Shown: piece by piece, positions 61,209 through 64,000 of the stretch
How the letters are laid out: each line of letters opens with the position of its first letter
Numbering within the stretch: the stretch's first letter is position 1
Made by a program: the position numbers and the translations under genes
The notes under the pieces: generated by a model
Databases searched by the model: none
Seen by the model: only the letters and a program-made list of their open reading frames with translations
Told to the model about the DNA's origin: nothing
Assembly (NCBI GenBank): GCA_001787755.1
Contig: MFYJ01000007.1
Coordinates: 146,585-210,584, forward strand
Source of the DNA: Candidatus Peribacteria bacterium RIFOXYB1_FULL_54_35
Lineage (GTDB): Bacteria; Patescibacteriota; Gracilibacteria; Peribacterales; Peribacteraceae
Direction: 5' to 3'
Length of the DNA stretch: 64,000 nt

Positions 61209-62474
61209 TTATTGTCTCAATGCAGTTGGTACTACAATTTGCTTACGGCGATTTCTCGGGTTCAAGATCGCAAGAGCACCTCCCACAAGGCTCAGGAGGA
61301 TGAATATCCGTTCCACTGCTCCTCCCGTTGCAGGAAGAGGAACAATGCCTGCGCTCACTTTCTTCGTGAGGAGTTCTCCCTGCGGCGCATGCACATCGTC
61401 GCCTGAAACGCGGGCAGTGAGGGTCGCCTCTGTTCCCTCTTTCACGTCTTCACTCATTCGTACGGGAAACATGACAGAGAAGCTCTGTCCTGCAAGAATC
61501 TGCGGGATTTCCCATATGGCAGTGTTGCCACGGACGATACCGCCGCCCTGCAACGCTTCCGGCAGGGAGAGAATAGCTGTATCAAACTGCTCAGAGAGCG
61601 TGATGTTTCGAATGGTGGATTTACTGACGTTCCGGACCCCGAGGGTGACGTACACCGTACTTCCTGCCACTGTTTCCTCCTGGTTGATGCTGTGGAAGAG
61701 CTGCACGTTCGCGTGGCTCTGTTCCTCCAGCATGCGTGCTGTTGCAGGTGTCATGGCACTGGATGTCGGTACACCGTTCTCTGGGGGGAGGGTGTTCATC
61801 ACCGTCTTTACTTCATCGATGCAGGTGAAATCTGCGTGGAAGCGCAGCGTGGTGTTCGGGCGCAGTGTTCTGCTTTGCGGCTTGGGTTGCAGGCAGTTGG
61901 GGAGGGGGGAGTAGCTCACAGTGAAGTAGAAGGGGGGGATGTTCGTGAACGTTGCGGGAGTGGTTCCTGTCTGACGGATTCCCTGTGGCCCCTTGAGCTC
62001 AAAGCTTGCTCCGGACGGGGTGCTCTCCACGAGAATGACTCCCTTGTACACATAACTGATTTCTGCACGAAGAGTGCCATTGCCACCGAAGAGGAAGGAA
62101 ACCTGTGTTCCTTCGGTGGTGTTGAGGAGAACATCTCCGTCGTAGAAGCGGATGGTGCTCTGCGCACCTTCCGGCGGTTCAATGTTCAGCAGGTACTGCC
62201 CCTGTTCGCCGGAGACGCTCATGATGCGTTCTTTCTTCTGATTCACGATCGTTCCCTTTGGTGTGGTGAGCCGCCATCCGCCGTACTGCTCAATCTGGCT
62301 CTTCTGCTCTATGGTGATCGTGCCGGCTGCTTCTGCCCGTGCGGGGACAGCGGCAATGGTTGCTGCTGTCATGAGAGACAGGAGTGCGAGGTTTACGGTG
62401 ACTGCTCTTGCCATAGGAAAGGGAGGAAGGGGCAAAAAGGAGAGTATTAAATCAAATAATTGTTTTTTTGTCAA
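61209..62474 (-). CDS. cell-surface protein with PEGA-like/DUF11-like repeats and an LPXTG-type sorting signal
   Basis: C-terminal LPATGG followed by the hydrophobic segment IFILLSLVGGALAIL and a basic tail NPRNRRKQ. Confidence 0.8.
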   Translation of the reverse strand: MTKKQLFDLILSFLPLPPFPMARAVTVNLALLSLMTAATIAAVPARAEAAGTITIEQKSQIEQYGGWRLTTPKGTIVNQKKERIMSVSGEQGQYLLNIEPPEGAQSTIRFYDGDVLLNTTEGTQVSFLFGGNGTLRAEISYVYKGVILVESTPSGASFELKGPQGIRQTGTTPATFTNIPPFYFTVSYSPLPNCLQPKPQSRTLRPNTTLRFHADFTCIDEVKTVMNTLPPENGVPTSSAMTPATARMLEEQSHANVQLFHSINQEETVAGSTVYVTLGVRNVSKSTIRNITLSEQFDTAILSLPEALQGGGIVRGNTAIWEIPQILAGQSFSVMFPVRMSEDVKEGTEATLTARVSGDDVHAPQGELLTKKVSAGIVPLPATGGAVERIFILLSLVGGALAILNPRNRRKQIVVPTALRQ

Positions 62475-62478
62475 CTAC

Positions 62479-64000
62479 TTACCACGCCGTTTGGAGTCCT
62501 TCTTCCCAGATGGTCAGAAGTTCTTGAATTGGCTCAGAGAGCAATAATTTGCCATTCATTTGGATGTTGAGTATTGGCTTCCTGCTCGTCTTTCCGATAG
62601 TCAGGGGGTCGATGCCGTGTTTCCGGGCAAGGAGCATGAAAGCATCCTTGTTCTTCTGGTCGATTTCAAGCACGAACCCGCCTGTCTCACTGAAGAGCAC
62701 CTGGTCGGGACGCAGGGAACTTGGTGGAGGGTCCATCGCAATTTCCATGCCAATGCTCCCTCCCAGTTTTCTCTGCGGGAGGGTCATTTCGAAGAGAGTC
62801 ATGAGCAAGCCACCATCACTGATGTCGTGTGAGGAGAGGACGAGGCCTTTGGAGATTGCATCGGTGACAAAGGCAATCTCGGTACTGACCTGCCGGAAGT
62901 CGGATTCAGGAACTGCACTGCCGAGCAGACTGTCCCTCTGTGCGTTTGTGAGTTCCTCGAGAAGTTGGTAATACAGCGAGCCGCCGCATTCGTTCTTGCG
63001 CGGACCGATGAGTATGAGAAGTGATTCTGGTTTCTTGAGTTGCATGGAAACAGCCTTCCTTGTGTCCTGCAGTACGCCGACACAGCTCACGACTGCCGTG
63101 GGGTCTATGGCACTCTTGTCTGGTTTCCCGTTGTAGAGGCTCACGTTGCCGGAGATCACGGGTACCGGTTCACCCTCTACAGAGACCCCCTTCGCTGTGT
63201 CCGCGATTCCCCGCACCCCCTCTGCAAGGGCCCAGAGTTGCTCGGGAATCTCGGGGTTGCCGTAGTTGAGGCAGTCTGTGAGTGCGCGGGGGGAAGCGCC
63301 GACTGCTGCGACATTGCGCATGGCTTCCACGGCGGCATTCACGCCTTGCCAGTACGGGGAGATGCGCCCGTACCGGCCGTTGCCGTCTGCCGCGACTGCC
63401 ACGCCTCTGAAGGATTCTTCCTCGGAGAGTTCCCATCCCGGGTGGGTGCCTTCATGCACATGGCTCCCGAGATCCTGCAGCGGAGCGATGACGCCCGCAT
63501 CTGCTTCGCCCGGCTCGAGTACCGTGTTGCCGATGATGTTCTTGTCGTAGTGGCGGAAGACCGGCACTTTGCTTGCACCGTTGGGGTGCCCCAGCATGGC
63601 TCTGCATATTTCTCTCAGGGTGAAGTGTTGCCCATTCACAGTGACACTGTCTCCCTCACACGAGAGGCGAGGTTCCGTTCCTCTATAGGCTACGGGGGTG
63701 GTCTTGCGCTCGTACTGCAGCCCGCAGGTGATATCCATTGCCCTGGCTCTGCAGATGGTTTTCCCTTCGTACGTCACTTCATACACTCCTCCTTCGGTCA
63801 CTTTCCCTATCACACTCGCTCGTGCGTTCTCTGCCACGCTGGGGAGATCCCATGTCTTGTTGTAGTGGGTGAGGATGTGCTTCGTGAGATCAGGATGGCA
63901 GGTCCAGCACAGGCGTTCCTGCGTTTCGGCACAGGCGATGACTTCCGGAGGGAGCCCTTCGATGGCCGTGTGCACATTGTCCAAATGTATGACTGCACCG
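62479..64000 (-). CDS. purL: phosphoribosylformylglycinamidine synthase subunit PurL (3' part; continues beyond the window)
   Basis: AIR-synthase-related domains (DCLNYGNPE, SGNVSLYN, HDISDGGL). The N-terminal domain is missing at the window edge. Confidence 0.85.
   Translation of the reverse strand, partial: GAVIHLDNVHTAIEGLPPEVIACAETQERLCWTCHPDLTKHILTHYNKTWDLPSVAENARASVIGKVTEGGVYEVTYEGKTICRARAMDITCGLQYERKTTPVAYRGTEPRLSCEGDSVTVNGQHFTLREICRAMLGHPNGASKVPVFRHYDKNIIGNTVLEPGEADAGVIAPLQDLGSHVHEGTHPGWELSEEESFRGVAVAADGNGRYGRISPYWQGVNAAVEAMRNVAAVGASPRALTDCLNYGNPEIPEQLWALAEGVRGIADTAKGVSVEGEPVPVISGNVSLYNGKPDKSAIDPTAVVSCVGVLQDTRKAVSMQLKKPESLLILIGPRKNECGGSLYYQLLEELTNAQRDSLLGSAVPESDFRQVSTEIAFVTDAISKGLVLSSHDISDGGLLMTLFEMTLPQRKLGGSIGMEIAMDPPPSSLRPDQVLFSETGGFVLEIDQKNKDAFMLLARKHGIDPLTIGKTSRKPILNIQMNGKLLLSEPIQELLTIWEEGLQTAW

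Overview
All calls come from reading the sequence and the ORF track by eye. No search, folding or statistics were run, and hand-counted coordinates may be off by 1-2 nt.

This is a 64-kb chromosomal window, moderately GC-rich (mid to high 50s % by eye). Its compact housekeeping gene set resembles a reduced-genome CPR/Patescibacteria-like bacterium with Gram-positive-type envelope genes; that taxonomic guess is inference.

About 50 protein genes are supportable. They include ftsA-ftsZ, dut, rlmI, dapA, comF, rseP-dnaA, thrS, ppa, a cysteine desulfurase, lgt, corA, eno, a DHH/NrnA-like phosphoesterase, infB, rplS, csaB, lepA, ligT, rpmA, murC and the 3' part of purL. There are four tRNAs, all on the minus strand: Lys-CUU, Val-GAC, Pro-GGG and initiator Met. 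I saw no rRNA, CRISPR array or classical transposase. Most start codons lack an obvious Shine-Dalgarno sequence.

The left 5.6 kb is accessory. It holds an MmeI-like N6-adenine methyltransferase whose stop overlaps the start of an unknown zinc-ribbon, possibly PIN-like, protein. Next comes a large serine recombinase enclosed by a perfect 79-bp inverted repeat that also completes the 3' end of tRNA-Lys. Further nested and permuted perfect repeats of 19 and 20 bp lie around it.

Other signals that the gene calls do not explain:
- An 18-codon leader peptide with eight consecutive Thr codons, plus mutually exclusive hairpins and a terminator, sits in front of thrS. This looks like ribosome-mediated attenuation.
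- The 3' ends of tRNA-Val and tRNA-Pro are each duplicated about 100 nt downstream, and the inserts between the copies are homologous.
- A tRNA-Pro acceptor minihelix relic lies upstream of tRNA-Pro.
- A conserved element of about 83 nt lies 3' of tRNA-fMet and of the displaced tRNA-Pro end.
- Nearly every intergenic gap carries a long hairpin whose arms are degenerate tandem 6-8-mers. These fall into several families; one has four copies and a conserved core.
- Hairpin-forming repeats are inserted in frame inside conserved genes.
- Several large orphan proteins are present, including a 1,560-aa HExxH protein.
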